Below the pieces are notes generated by a model. It searched no databases. It was not told the DNA's origin and saw only the letters and a list, made by a program, of their open reading frames with translations. The translations under genes and the position numbers were made by a program. Of a stretch of 64,000 nt of DNA, positions 1-10,543 are shown piece after piece; position 1 is the first letter of the stretch; every line of letters begins with the position of its first letter. The stretch spans positions 3,100,001-3,164,000 of the forward strand of contig NZ_CP134949.1 in assembly GCF_032116555.1 (NCBI RefSeq), given 5' to 3'. The DNA is from Halorarum halobium (GTDB lineage: Archaea > Halobacteriota > Halobacteria > Halobacteriales > Haloferacaceae).

Positions 1-317
1 CGGTCGACGCCCCCCTCCAGCAGCCGGGTCGCGCCCTCGACGGTCCTGATGCCGCCGCCGACCTGGACGCCGACGGCGTCGCCGACGGCGTCCACGATGG
101 CGTCGAGCGCGGGGGCGTTCTCGCGCTCGCCGACGAACGCGCCGTCGAGGTCGACGAGGTGGAGCGTCCGCGCGCCGGCCGCGAGCCAGCGCTGGGCGAC
201 CTCGACCGGGTCGCCGTACGACGATTCCGTCCCCGGTTCGCCGCCGACGAGCTGGACGGTCTCGCCGCCTTTCACGTCGACGGCGGGGACGACCTCGAAC
301 TCCGGAAAGTGGGTCAT
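1..317 (-). CDS. hisA: Phosphoribosylformimino-5-aminoimidazole carboxamide ribotide isomerase, 5' part (runs off the window start)
   Basis: Manual translation from the ATG at 317: MTHFPEFEVVPAVDVKGGETVQLVGG...GDPVEVAQRWLAAGARTLHLVDLDGAF...QVGGGIRT. These are HisA motifs. Absent from the ORF track because it is truncated. Confidence 0.93.
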   Translation of the reverse strand, partial: MTHFPEFEVVPAVDVKGGETVQLVGGEPGTESSYGDPVEVAQRWLAAGARTLHLVDLDGAFVGERENAPALDAIVDAVGDAVGVQVGGGIRTVEGATRLLEGGVD

Positions 318-474
318 TCGCTGTCGGTGCTAGCGCGGGCGGGGGCAAAACGGTTCCCAGTGCGGCAGGCTGCCGGGGACGACGGAGCTGACGGTCCCCG
401 TTCGGCTCCCCCGCCGTTTTCACGAACGAGACGGGGTGCGAAACTGTCAAGTATGGTTGCTCGAACCGGACTTC

Positions 475-1341
475 ATGAGCGAGTCGGTCGTCGCGGACTT
501 CGTCGGCCACTTCTTCGCGGCCGGCGTGCGGGGTGAACCCCCGACCGGCCGGATCGTCCTCAGCCAGCGACGGCTGGTGCTCGCCGCGGACGAGGTGAAG
601 GAAACCATCCCCCTCTCGTCGGTGTTCGACGTGAAGGTGGGGCAGGTCCCGGCGGAGATGGAGGGCTACTTCAACGACACCATCACCATCGCCTACCGCG
701 TCGACGACGAGCGGCGCGTCGCCGCCGTCGAGGGCTCGGACACGAACATCGACCGCTTCGGCACGGTGCTGTTCAAGGTGCTGCTCAACGGGACGACCGC
801 GCTAGTTCGCCACCCGGCGCGGCTGGGCGGTCGGGTCACGGACGCCGACGCGGAGAAGGCGTCGCTGAAGCTCGAGCACGGCTCGCTCACGTTCAAGCGG
901 AAGAGCGGGCCGTTCACGGTCGATCTGGGGACGGTCATCTCGGTCGAGCGCGCGGACCGCGACCTGGGCAACGGCCCACACCCGGTCGTCACGTTCCGTC
1001 ACATCGAGGACGGGACGGCGGCCACCTCCGAGGTCGGAATCGACTCGGCCCGGAAGACGAACCTGCTCGGGCGGTACATCCGACTGCGCTACGCCGACGT
1101 GCAGGAGGAACTGGCCGACGTCAGTCTCGACGAGGAGGAACTGGAGGTGCTCGTCGCGCTCTACTCGGCCGGCGAGGGCGTCTCGCTGTCGGCCGTCGTC
1201 GACATCGACCCCCAGCCGCTCACTTTGCTGTTGAACGGACTCGCGGAGAAGGGCATCGTCGTCGACACGGAGACCGGCACGAAGCTGACGGCGAAGGGGC
1301 GGGTCGTCGTCGGCCAGCGGCTCGAGTCCGTGAACACGTAG
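475..1341 (+). CDS. cheF: CheF-family archaeal chemotaxis adaptor
   Basis: MSESVVADFVG..., GRIVLSQRRLVLA, VRHPARLGGRVTD, and a C-terminal winged-helix-like segment (LTAKGR). Start taken as the ATG at 475 within ORF 436..1341. Confidence 0.82.
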   Translation: MSESVVADFVGHFFAAGVRGEPPTGRIVLSQRRLVLAADEVKETIPLSSVFDVKVGQVPAEMEGYFNDTITIAYRVDDERRVAAVEGSDTNIDRFGTVLFKVLLNGTTALVRHPARLGGRVTDADAEKASLKLEHGSLTFKRKSGPFTVDLGTVISVERADRDLGNGPHPVVTFRHIEDGTAATSEVGIDSARKTNLLGRYIRLRYADVQEELADVSLDEEELEVLVALYSAGEGVSLSAVVDIDPQPLTLLLNGLAEKGIVVDTETGTKLTAKGRVVVGQRLESVNT

Positions 1342-1506
1342 ACGGCGACACGAGCGACCCGCCCTGCTCGCGGTTCAGTCGGACGGTGACGCCCGAGCGC
1401 CGGTCTCATTTTCGCCGAAATTCCCCGACAGCAGCCGATTCTCCCGGCCGCGCGTCGATGGTGTCGATTCGATTGATTTATACGCCCGTGTATGTGAGTA
1501 GCATCC

Positions 1507-1650
1507 ATGACACCCGCTCGCACGGAGTCAGAGGTGATGGCGTCGGTCGACGAGGACAGTTCCGAGTTCGTCATCGCCGACATCGCGCGGGAGGACGCGT
1601 GGCTATCCGTGGGCGAGCGGGACGCGCCGGTGCTCGAACAGTGGTGTTGA
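1507..1650 (+). CDS. Small acidic hypothetical protein (47 aa)
   Basis: Manual translation: MTPARTESEVMASVDEDSSEFVIADIAREDAWLSVGERDAPVLEQWC*. Halophile-type codon use, TTTATA box at ~1477. Below the ORF-track cut-off. Confidence 0.7.
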   Translation: MTPARTESEVMASVDEDSSEFVIADIAREDAWLSVGERDAPVLEQWC

Positions 1651-1675
1651 GCCCGGCTCGACGCCCGGCGTCGCC

Positions 1676-1927
1676 CTAGATCTCCTCGTCCGGGTCGTGG
1701 CGGTCGGCCACCCGCCGCGCCTCGCTCGCGTACCGTTCTACCGTCTCCTCGTCCTCGACGAGTCCCAGCTCGGACTCCGGTCGCTCGATCCCCGCGGTGG
1801 CCGGGTTCCGGGAGAGCAGTTCCACCGACGCCTGCCGGCGGTAGTACCGCTCGCCGTCCTCGCTCGCGTAGGTGAGCGAGACGGTCTGTCTCGTGTCGTA
1901 CTCGCGCTCGACGAGCCACAGGTGCAT
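1676..1927 (-). CDS. Small hypothetical protein (83 aa)
   Basis: Acidic ORF MHLWLVEREYD...DRHDPDEEI with GC3-rich codons. Confidence 0.75.
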   Translation of the reverse strand: MHLWLVEREYDTRQTVSLTYASEDGERYYRRQASVELLSRNPATAGIERPESELGLVEDEETVERYASEARRVADRHDPDEEI

Positions 1928-1989
1928 GTGACCGGATACGGACGAACGGGATGAAAAGGTGAGCCGTCTCCGTGCGGGCCGGGCGACGA

Positions 1990-3675
1990 TCAGCCGAACT
2001 GGAAGCCGCCGACGTCCTCGGGGACTCCGGCGTCGTCGCCGTCCTCGACCGCCTCCCGGCCGACGTCGACGCCGCCGTCGGCGCGGTACTCGACCGACTC
2101 GTCGTCGCGCCCGCCGTCGGTGGCCGTTTCCTGCCCGCGGAGTTCGCGGACCTGCTCGGAGAGGTCCTCGATGGCGTCGGTCTGCTCGTCAGTGGCCGCG
2201 ACGATGCGGTCGGCCGCGTCCTCGGTCTCGCCCGAGCGTTCGCGGACGTCCTCGATGGTCGCGGTCAGCTCCTCGACGGTCGTCGCCTGGTCGTCGGTCG
2301 CGCGGGACACTTCGGCGATGCCGTCGGCCGCCTGGTCGATGGAGGCCGCGATGTCCTCGAACGCCTCCAGCACGTCGTCGATCTGGTCGGCCGCGTGGTC
2401 GATCTGCTGGTGTGACTGCTCGGCGGCGACGACCGTCGAGTCCGTCTGGTTCTGGAGCTGTTCGATGCTGCCCGTGATCTGCTCGGTGTGCTGGCGGGTC
2501 TCGTCGGCGAGCGTCTTCACCTCCTCGGCGACGACCGCGAAGCCGTCGCCGTCCTTGCCGGCCCGTGCGGCCTCGATGTTCGCGTTCAGCGCGAGCAGGT
2601 TGGTCTGTTCGGCGACGTCGGAGATGACCTCGACGACGTCCTCGATGTCGTCCATGCGCTCGCCCAGGTCGGTGACCGACTGGACGAGTTCCTCGCCGAT
2701 GTCCGTGACGTCGTCGGTCGCCTCGCGCGCGTCCTCGGAGGCGTCGAGCCCCTCGGTCGCGGCCTCGCGGGCCTGTTCGGCCGCGGTGTCGACCTCCTCG
2801 GCCGTGGCGGCGACCTCCTCCATCGAAGCGGAGAACGTCTGCATCTCGCTCACGCCCTCCGTGAGCAGGTCGTTCTGCTCGGCGACGTTCTCGGCGATGT
2901 CTTCGGCGGCATCCACCGCCTCGTTGACGGAGCCCTCCAGTTGCGCCGTCTGCTCGTCGACGCCGAGGGCGGTCGACTCGAACGCCTCCGCCATCTCGTT
3001 CAGTTCGCCGACGACCTCCAGGAGCCGCTCGTCGAGACAGTCGTCCTCGTCGACGTAGTTCGCGCGCGCCTCGAGGTGCCCGTCGATGAGCAGCTGGATG
3101 GTCCCCTGAACCTCGTCGACCAGCGCTTCGACCGCCTCCTGTCGCTGAACCTGTTCCGTTCGGTCGCGGACCGTCTCGATGACTGCGACGAGTTCGTCTC
3201 CCTCGTACAGCGGCATCGCCGTGAAGTAGATGTGGCGTTCGTCGCCGTGCTGGTCCGTCATGACGCTCGTGTCGGCGTACAGCGAGAGCGCCTCGTCCTC
3301 CACCGAGATGTCGTACTCCTCGTGGGCGGACTCGGGCGTCTCGAGCACCTTGTCAGCGAGGGTCTGGGCCCGCCGGCCGTCCGGGTAGAACATCTCGCTC
3401 GCGTGTGGATGCCCGACGGCCTCCTCGCTCGATGCGCCCGTCAGGTCCTCGATGGCCCTGTTCCAGGCGACGATCGTCCCGCTCGAATCGAGCATGAACA
3501 CTGCCGACCCGACGCCGTCGAGCAGCAGGTCGTCGTCGACGTTCAGCTCGGATTCGTCCTCCTCGACGTCCAGGGCGTCGACGTCGGCTCCCGACTCGAC
3601 GGCGACACCTCCGTCCGGCACCGGATCGCGTTCGGACGCGAACCGGTCCCGGAGGCGACTGAGTAGCGACCGCAT
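1990..3675 (-). CDS. Soluble methyl-accepting transducer (Htr) with PAS, HAMP-like and signalling domains
   Basis: PAS-like VFMLDSSGTIVAWNRAIEDLTG; MCP hairpin IAEQTNLLALNANIEAARAG..GFAVVAEEVKTLA (here VAEQ); no transmembrane segment. Confidence 0.92.
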   Translation of the reverse strand: MRSLLSRLRDRFASERDPVPDGGVAVESGADVDALDVEEDESELNVDDDLLLDGVGSAVFMLDSSGTIVAWNRAIEDLTGASSEEAVGHPHASEMFYPDGRRAQTLADKVLETPESAHEEYDISVEDEALSLYADTSVMTDQHGDERHIYFTAMPLYEGDELVAVIETVRDRTEQVQRQEAVEALVDEVQGTIQLLIDGHLEARANYVDEDDCLDERLLEVVGELNEMAEAFESTALGVDEQTAQLEGSVNEAVDAAEDIAENVAEQNDLLTEGVSEMQTFSASMEEVAATAEEVDTAAEQAREAATEGLDASEDAREATDDVTDIGEELVQSVTDLGERMDDIEDVVEVISDVAEQTNLLALNANIEAARAGKDGDGFAVVAEEVKTLADETRQHTEQITGSIEQLQNQTDSTVVAAEQSHQQIDHAADQIDDVLEAFEDIAASIDQAADGIAEVSRATDDQATTVEELTATIEDVRERSGETEDAADRIVAATDEQTDAIEDLSEQVRELRGQETATDGGRDDESVEYRADGGVDVGREAVEDGDDAGVPEDVGGFQFG

Positions 3676-3790
3676 GCTTCCAGCGCGATGGAGGAACCCC
3701 GTTAACGTTACCCCCCAATACTCACATGTGATACCGGCGTGACGGTCGAACGCGTCACCCTCAAGCGGTCGGAGCGCCGAGGACGGGGCG

Positions 3791-5524
3791 ATGGACGCGA
3801 CGGAGCTCCGTGACCGGGCCGACGCCCTCCCCCGCGAGCCCGGAGTCTACCAGTTTCACGAGGACGACGCCGTCCTCTACGTCGGGAAGGCGGTGGACGT
3901 CCGCGACCGGGTGCGCTCGTACGCCGACCCGCGCTCGGCCCGCGTCCGACGGATGGTCCGGCGGGCCGACGCCCTGGAGTTCGCCGTCACGGACACCGAG
4001 ACGCAGGCGCTGTTGCTCGAGGCGAACCTCATCAAGCGGCACACCCCGCGGTTCAACGTCCGCCTGAAGGACGACAAGTCCTACCCGCTCGTGCAGTTGA
4101 CCGACCACCCGGTCCCGCGCATCGAGGTGACGCGCGACCCGGCCGAGGGTGCGACCGTGTTCGGCCCGTTCACGGACAAGGGCCGCGTCGACACCGCCGT
4201 GAAGGCGCTCCGGGAGACGTACGGCCTCCGGGGCTGTTCGGACCACAAGTACGCCGGGCGTGACCGCCCGTGTCTCGACTACGAGATGGGCCTGTGTAGC
4301 GCACCCTGCACCGGGGAGATCGCGGAGGCGGAGTACCGGACTGACGTGGAATCGGTCACGCGATTCTTCGAGGGCGAGACCGGCGTGCTCGCCGACCCGC
4401 TCACGCGGGCGATGGACGAGGCCGCCCGCGAGCAGGAGTACGAACGCGCCGCGAACCTGCGCGACAGGCTCGACGCCATCGAGTCGTTCCATGGCGAGGG
4501 CGAGGCGGCGGTCTCGGGCCGGTCGGACGAACGGGCGGTCGACGTGCTCGGTGCCGCCCTCGAGGGTGACGCCGCGACGGTCGCGCGGCTCCACAGCGAG
4601 CGCGGACAACTCGTCGACCGGACCCGGCACTCGCTCGACGCCCCGGAGGGCGAGGACAGGGTTGCCGCGGTGCTCGCGGCGTTCCTCGTCCAGTACTACG
4701 CCGAGCGGGAGCTCCCGGACGCGATCCTCCTGTCGGAACGTCCGGACGACGGCGACGTGCTCGACTGGCTCGCGGCCGAGGACGTCGCGGTCCGCGTTCC
4801 CGGCACGGGTCGGGAGGCGAAGCTGGTGGAACTGGCGCTCAAGAACGCCCGGAGCGCGCCGACGCGCACGGACGGCGTCGCCGCGCTCGGCGACCGGCTG
4901 AGCATCGACCGACCCGACCGGATCGAGGGGTTCGACGTGAGCCACGGGCAGGGGAAACACGTCGTCGGCTCGAACGTTTGCTTCGTCGACGGCTCCGCGG
5001 AGAAGTCGGACTACCGGCGGAAGAAGCTCCACGAGGCGAACGACGACTACGGGAACATGCGCGACCTCGTCCGCTGGCGCGCCGAGCGCGCGGTCGAGGG
5101 CCGCGAGGACCGTCCCGATCCGGGGCTGCTGCTCATCGACGGCGGCGACGGCCAGCTCGGCGCGGCCAGGGACGCCCTCGGGGAGGTCGGCTGGGACGTG
5201 CCGACCGTCGCGCTGGCCAAGGACCGGGAACTGGTCGTGACGACCGACGGCGTCCGCGACTGGCCCGACGACGACCCCGCGCTCCACGTGCTCCAGCGGG
5301 TGCGCGACGAGGCGCACCGCTTCGCGGTCCAGTACCACCAGACGCTCCGGGACGACGTCTCGACGGTGCTCGACGAGGTGCCCGGCGTCGGCCCGCAGAC
5401 TCGCCGGCGCCTGCTCCGGCGGTTCGGCTCGGTCGAGAACGTCCGCGGAGCGAGCGTCGAGGACCTTCGGGACGTTCCGGGCGTCGGCGCGAAGACGGCC
5501 GAAGCGCTCCGCTCGCGGCTGTAA
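3791..5524 (+). CDS. uvrC: Excinuclease ABC subunit C
   Basis: GIY-YIG region (PGVYQF...LYVGKA), Cys cluster, [24 protein letters not shown] and C-terminal HhH repeats. Confidence 0.97.
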   Translation: MDATELRDRADALPREPGVYQFHEDDAVLYVGKAVDVRDRVRSYADPRSARVRRMVRRADALEFAVTDTETQALLLEANLIKRHTPRFNVRLKDDKSYPLVQLTDHPVPRIEVTRDPAEGATVFGPFTDKGRVDTAVKALRETYGLRGCSDHKYAGRDRPCLDYEMGLCSAPCTGEIAEAEYRTDVESVTRFFEGETGVLADPLTRAMDEAAREQEYERAANLRDRLDAIESFHGEGEAAVSGRSDERAVDVLGAALEGDAATVARLHSERGQLVDRTRHSLDAPEGEDRVAAVLAAFLVQYYAERELPDAILLSERPDDGDVLDWLAAEDVAVRVPGTGREAKLVELALKNARSAPTRTDGVAALGDRLSIDRPDRIEGFDVSHGQGKHVVGSNVCFVDGSAEKSDYRRKKLHEANDDYGNMRDLVRWRAERAVEGREDRPDPGLLLIDGGDGQLGAARDALGEVGWDVPTVALAKDRELVVTTDGVRDWPDDDPALHVLQRVRDEAHRFAVQYHQTLRDDVSTVLDEVPGVGPQTRRRLLRRFGSVENVRGASVEDLRDVPGVGAKTAEALRSRL

Positions 5525-5649
5525 ACAGTTTTGGCTGACAGGCGGTCCGACGATTCGGCCCATCGCGACGGACTGGACCGCACAATCGCGCGTCCCGCCG
5601 CGACCGCTCTCAGGTCACGGCGGTGCTGGTCCCGGTTTCCTACTTGAAT

Positions 5650-6561
5650 CTACGCCGCCGGGGTCTCGTCCTCGTCGAGGGCGGGCGACCGGTACAGGAG
5701 CCAGACGGCGAGCGCGGCGAACGGGACCGTTCCGAGCACTCCGACCGGTAGCGGTCCGAGCAGCGGGTTCGGGTCGCCCTGGAGGAACAGGAGGGCGAGC
5801 CCCGCGACGGCGTTGACCGCGCCGTGGCCGATCGCCGCGGGCCAGACGCTCCCCTCGCGGACGGTCGCCCAGGCGAACAGGACGCCGAGCGAGACGGTGA
5901 ACCCGAGGAAGACGACGAACCCGGCCCAGGGGAACCCGACGTAGCCGAAACCGTACTCGTAGCCCATCGCGATCAGCGGCCAGTGCCAGACGCCCCAGAC
6001 GACGCCGTGGAGGAGGACCGCCCGGCGGGTGCCGAGCGGGAGCAGTTTCGGGAGGAGGTAGGCCCGCCAGCCGAACTCCTCGCCGAACGCGAACAGCCCG
6101 TTGATGAGCGGCGCGACCGTGACCGCGGCGACGACCTGCACGAGGACGAGGACGGTCGGGTCGAGCCCCGTCGCGCCGGCGGAGGCGAACGACTCGGCGG
6201 CGGCTCGCATCGAAGGGTCGAACGCGTCGGGGAAGACGGCAAAGAACACGAGCGCGCCGAGGGCGGTGAGGACGAGCGGCGCGACCCAGACGGCCGCGTA
6301 CGTTCGCAGGTTCCCACTGACGCGGGGGCGGAGCATGAGATCCGACCGACCCTCGCCGGTCGCCAGTCGGGCGACGACGTTTCCGACGGCCGGACCGAAC
6401 ATGTACGTCGTCGGGAGGAGGACGCCCGCGAGCGTCAGCGGGCCGAGGACGGTCGGGCTGTCGGTCAGGCCGCCGGTCGCGTAGATGACGCCCGCGGTGG
6501 CCCACGAGACGGCAAAGGTGATCGCGAGAAAGACGGCGATACGGCGGCTTCGGAGCGTCAC
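5650..6561 (-). CDS. CPBP/Abi (CAAX-type) intramembrane metalloprotease
   Basis: Multi-TM protein with the GEEFGWRAYL, WGVWH and HGAVN motifs. Confidence 0.9.
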   Translation of the reverse strand: MTLRSRRIAVFLAITFAVSWATAGVIYATGGLTDSPTVLGPLTLAGVLLPTTYMFGPAVGNVVARLATGEGRSDLMLRPRVSGNLRTYAAVWVAPLVLTALGALVFFAVFPDAFDPSMRAAAESFASAGATGLDPTVLVLVQVVAAVTVAPLINGLFAFGEEFGWRAYLLPKLLPLGTRRAVLLHGVVWGVWHWPLIAMGYEYGFGYVGFPWAGFVVFLGFTVSLGVLFAWATVREGSVWPAAIGHGAVNAVAGLALLFLQGDPNPLLGPLPVGVLGTVPFAALAVWLLYRSPALDEDETPAA

Positions 6562-6675
6562 GATGCGGAACGTGTTCCTCTCGTGAGGTGAATCTGTCGG
6601 TGGGGGAGCGCTCGGTGTCGGTTGCAGGGGGTCCGGAAAACGGAATCGGGCCCTCGGATCGACGGTCGGTGCCGA

Positions 6676-7590
6676 CTACGAGATCTTCTCGTACTGCTCG
6701 GAGAGCTTCCCGGCGGCCTCGTCCATCAGGTCGGCCTCGTAGTCGTCCAGGTCCCACTCGATTACCTCCTCGACGCCGTTCGCGCCGAGCTTTACCGGGA
6801 CGCCGAACGCGGTGTCCTCGTGGCCGAACTCGCCGTCGAGCGCGATCGAGCCCGGCAGCACCTCCCCGGTGTCGTGGAGGACGGCCTCGACCATGTGGGC
6901 GACGCCGGTCGCGGGACCCCACTGGGTCGCGCCCTTGCGCTCGATGACGTCCATGGCGGACTCCTGGAGGTCGCCGAGGATCTCCTCGCGCTCGTCGGCC
7001 GAGAACGCGGGGTCCCGGCCGTCGACGCGCACCTTCGAGAAGACCGGGACCTGGGCGTCGCCGTGCTCGCCGAGGATGGTCGCCTCGACGTTTTTCACCT
7101 GCGTATCGAAGCGCTCGGAGAGGACGTAGCGGAAGCGCGCCGAGTCGAGTCGGCCGCCGAACCCGACGACCTGGTTCCGGTCCCGGTCGCCCGCCTCGTA
7201 CAGGTGGCGGTTCAGCAGGTCCACCGGGTTCGAGGTCGTGATGGAGACGAAGTCATCGTTGTACTCGGCGAGCGAGGAGCCGATGTCCTCCATGATCGGC
7301 GCGTTGTCGCCCGCGAGGTCGATGCGCGTCTGGCCGGGCTGGCGCGGGATGCCGGCCGTGACGACGACGACGTCCGAGCCCTCGGTGTCCTCGTACTCGC
7401 CCTGCACGACCGTCGTGTTCGAGTCGTACGCGATGCCGTGGTTGGTGTCGGCCGCCTGTCCCACCGTCGTCTCCCGCTGGTCCGGGATGTCGACGAAGAC
7501 GAGTTCGTCGACGACGTCCCGGAGCGCGAGGTTGTAGCCGGCCGCGGCGCCCACCGTGCCGGCCGCCCCGATGATGCTAACCTTCGTCAT
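6676..7590 (-). CDS. mdh: Malate dehydrogenase (LDH-like)
   Basis: GAAGTVG Rossmann fold, [33 protein letters not shown]. Confidence 0.97.
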   Translation of the reverse strand: MTKVSIIGAAGTVGAAAGYNLALRDVVDELVFVDIPDQRETTVGQAADTNHGIAYDSNTTVVQGEYEDTEGSDVVVVTAGIPRQPGQTRIDLAGDNAPIMEDIGSSLAEYNDDFVSITTSNPVDLLNRHLYEAGDRDRNQVVGFGGRLDSARFRYVLSERFDTQVKNVEATILGEHGDAQVPVFSKVRVDGRDPAFSADEREEILGDLQESAMDVIERKGATQWGPATGVAHMVEAVLHDTGEVLPGSIALDGEFGHEDTAFGVPVKLGANGVEEVIEWDLDDYEADLMDEAAGKLSEQYEKIS

Positions 7591-7823
7591 ACCACGTAAA
7601 CTGCGGCCCGAAATTCGGGTAAACGTTTCGAAAGCCGCGGTTTCGGTTGCCGGACGTCGTATTGGGATACGACGATCGTCGATTTTCCTTGGCTCGTCGA
7701 TCCTGCTTCGGCGGTCTCTGGCGACGAGCGGGCGAGGGTTCGCCCGCGGCCGTGCGTGAGGCTCACGACCCCGGAGCCGGCGTTCCGCCGGGGTTTATGG
7801 CCACACGCGTTGGCCTCTCGGAT

Positions 7824-8501
7824 ATGCCAATCGAGGAACGCGGCGACGCGCACCTCATCACCCACGCGCTCGCCAAGGACACCCTCTCGCGGCTCCGCGA
7901 CGTCGACACGTCCCAGGTCGGCTTCCGGAAGGGGCTCGTGAAGCTCGGCCGCATCTGTGGCTACGAGATCATCGACGGCGCGATGGAGACGGAGTTCGTC
8001 TCGATCCGGACGCCGCTGGCCGAGACGACCGGCGAGCGCGTGAAGCGGCTCGACGACGTGGTCATCATCAACGTGCTCCGTGCAGCGACGCCGTTCGTCG
8101 AGGGGCTGCTCAAGGCGTTCCCGCGCGCGAAGCAGGGCGTCATCTCGGCCGGGCGCGACGAGGAGGCCGGGATGGGCGAGGACGGCACGTTCCCCATCAG
8201 CATCGACTACACGAAGCTTCCGGAGATCACCGAGACCGACACGGTCATCGTCGCCGACCCGATGCTCGCCACCGGCTCGACGATGTGTACCGTCCTCGAC
8301 CACGTGCTCGACCAGGAGGCCGACCCCGAGCACCTGTTCGTCCTCTCGGCCGTCTCGGCCCCGGACGGCCTGGTTCGCGTCGGCGAGCAGTTCCCGCAGG
8401 CGGACCTGCTGACCGTCGCCATCGACGACCACCTCAACGACGAGGGGTTCATCGTGCCCGGACTGGGCGACGCCGGCGACCGCGCGTTCCGGACCGAGTG
8501 A
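7824..8501 (+). CDS. upp: Uracil phosphoribosyltransferase
   Basis: [13 protein letters not shown] loop and [15 protein letters not shown] at 7824 with a TTTATG box ~25 nt upstream. Confidence 0.96.
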   Translation: MPIEERGDAHLITHALAKDTLSRLRDVDTSQVGFRKGLVKLGRICGYEIIDGAMETEFVSIRTPLAETTGERVKRLDDVVIINVLRAATPFVEGLLKAFPRAKQGVISAGRDEEAGMGEDGTFPISIDYTKLPEITETDTVIVADPMLATGSTMCTVLDHVLDQEADPEHLFVLSAVSAPDGLVRVGEQFPQADLLTVAIDDHLNDEGFIVPGLGDAGDRAFRTE

Positions 8502-8534
8502 CGGCATTCCGGTTGCGTCGTCCAGCTTTCTGTC

Positions 8535-8900
8535 GCGGTCGGCGCGTACCGGCGCGGACGGAGCCGCGCCGGATGCGCGCGAGGGATGAGCGAGCTTGCG
8601 AGCGAATCGGCTGTTCACGCGAGCGAAGCGAGGGTGAGTTCCGGGGAGCTTGCTCCGAGGTAAGGGAGGCGTGTGGCTGTGCGGTGCGTGGCGGGTGGGT
8701 GGGACTGAAAGGGGCCGCGGCTCCCGACGAACCCCGGACCCGTAAGCACCGTGGTTCGAGAGAGCTCCGCTCTCTCGTCATCACGAAAATCTTCGATTTT
8801 CGAACGACAGCGCGACCGAAGGGAGCGAGGAGCGCAGCGCGGTCCGCGGGAGTCGAGAGCCGCAGGGGCTTTCGAGACGGTCGAAACGACGACCGAACCA
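8535..8900. repeat. Modular palindromic interspersed repeat, copy A
   Basis: Contains CGCGCGAGGGATGAGC, GAGCGAAGCGAG, GGGTGGGACTGAAAGGGGCCGCGG (8697-8720), CATCACGAAAATCTTCGATTTTCGAACGAC (8779-8808) and GGGGCTTTCGA (8865-8875). All recur at 20207-20485 and/or 51790-52060. Confidence 0.85.
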
Positions 8901-9055
8901 ACACCAAAACCGACACCCGCGGGAGCTTTCGAGCCGTTGCGGTCGGTGATGCCGAAACCAACCACCGCCATCCACCAACCGGCCACGACCACCCACCAAC
9001 CCGTAGCCGCAATTCCTGCCAGTTTATCACTCCGGACGAACACGCCACGGACAAG

Positions 9056-10480
9056 ATGGTCGTCGGAGACATCTCGACCGGCACGGACGTGGCTGTCATC
9101 GGCGCTGGACCCGGCGGATACGTCGCCGCCATCCGCGCCGCCCAGGAGGGGCTCGACACGACCCTCATCGAGCGGGACGCCTACGGCGGGGTCTGCCTGA
9201 ACCACGGCTGCATCCCCTCGAAGGCGTTCATCCACGGCGCGGACGTCGCCCACGAGGCCGGCAACGCCGAGGAGATGGGTATCCACGCGGACCCCGCGGT
9301 CGACGTGGCCCAGATGCAGGAGTGGAAGTCCGGCGTCGTCGACCAGCTCACGGGCGGCGTCGAGAAGCTCTGCAAGGCGAACGGCGTGAACCTGATCGAG
9401 GGCACCGCCACCTTCGCCGACGAGAACAAACTCCGCGTCGCCCACGGCGGCGAGGGGCAGGGCAGCGAGTCCATCGAGTTCGAACACGCCATCGTCGCCA
9501 CCGGCTCCCGGCCGATCCAGATCCCCGGCTTCGATTTCTCGGACGACCAGGTGCTCTCCTCCCGTGACGTGCTGGCGATGGACGCCGTGCCGGACCGCCT
9601 CGTCGTCGTCGGCGCGGGCTACATCGGGATGGAGCTCTCGACGATGCTCGCCAAGCTCGGCTGTGACGTGACCGTCGTGGAGATGCTGGAGGACGTGTTG
9701 CCGGGGTACGAGGACGACGTCAAGCGCGTCGTCCGGAAGCGCGCCGAGGAGCTGGGCATCGAGTTCCACTTCGGCGAGGGCGCGAGCGACTGGCGCGAGA
9801 CGCCCAACGGCGTCGTCGTCACCACCGAAACCGAGGACGGGATGGAGACCGAGTACGCCGGCGACGCGGTGCTTGTCGCGGTCGGTCGCCAGCCGGTCAC
9901 CGACACGCTCGAACTCGGCGCGGTCGGCATCGAACCGGACGAGGACGGCTTCATCGAGACGGACCACCAGGCTCGCACCGAGGTCGACAGCATCTTCGCC
10001 GTCGGCGACGTCGCCGGCGAACCGATGCTCGCACACAAGGCCAGCAAGGAGGGCATCGTCGCCGCCGAGGTCGCCGCGGGCGAGCCGGCCGCGCTGGACT
10101 ACCAGACCGTCCCCGCCGCGGTGTTCACGGAGCCCGAGATCGGCACGGTCGGGATGACCGAGGCGGAGGCCGAGGAGGAGGGGTTCGACCCCGTCGTCGG
10201 CCAGATGCCGTTTAACGCGTCCGGTCGGGCGCTCACCACGGGCCACACCGAGGGCTTCGTCCGCGTCGTTGCCGACGAGGAGTCGGGGTTCCTGCTCGGC
10301 GGCCAGATCGTCGGCCCCGAGGCGTCGGAGCTGATCGCGGAGCTCGCGCTCGGCATCGAGATGGGCGCGACCCTGGAAGACGTCGCCGCGACGATCCACA
10401 CCCACCCGACGCTCGCGGAGGCCGTGATGGAGGCCGCCGAGAACGCGATGGGGCGGGCGATCCACACGCTGAACCGGTAG
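9056..10480 (+). CDS. lpdA: Dihydrolipoamide dehydrogenase (E3)
   Basis: GAGPGGY, redox motif GGVCLNHGCIPSK, GAGYIG, C-terminal HTHPTLAE. Real start is the ATG at 9056 (MVVGDIS). Confidence 0.96.
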   Translation: MVVGDISTGTDVAVIGAGPGGYVAAIRAAQEGLDTTLIERDAYGGVCLNHGCIPSKAFIHGADVAHEAGNAEEMGIHADPAVDVAQMQEWKSGVVDQLTGGVEKLCKANGVNLIEGTATFADENKLRVAHGGEGQGSESIEFEHAIVATGSRPIQIPGFDFSDDQVLSSRDVLAMDAVPDRLVVVGAGYIGMELSTMLAKLGCDVTVVEMLEDVLPGYEDDVKRVVRKRAEELGIEFHFGEGASDWRETPNGVVVTTETEDGMETEYAGDAVLVAVGRQPVTDTLELGAVGIEPDEDGFIETDHQARTEVDSIFAVGDVAGEPMLAHKASKEGIVAAEVAAGEPAALDYQTVPAAVFTEPEIGTVGMTEAEAEEEGFDPVVGQMPFNASGRALTTGHTEGFVRVVADEESGFLLGGQIVGPEASELIAELALGIEMGATLEDVAATIHTHPTLAEAVMEAAENAMGRAIHTLNR

Positions 10481-10543
10481 TAGGATCCGATCCGGCCGAA
10501 ACGCACGTTTTTCACGTGGATTCGTGAACCGTCGCTCGGGACG

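Noticed and set aside
8285..9055. Apparent 257-aa N-terminal extension of LpdA
   Set aside because: It runs through upp and the repeat element. The conserved protein begins at MVVGDIS (9056).
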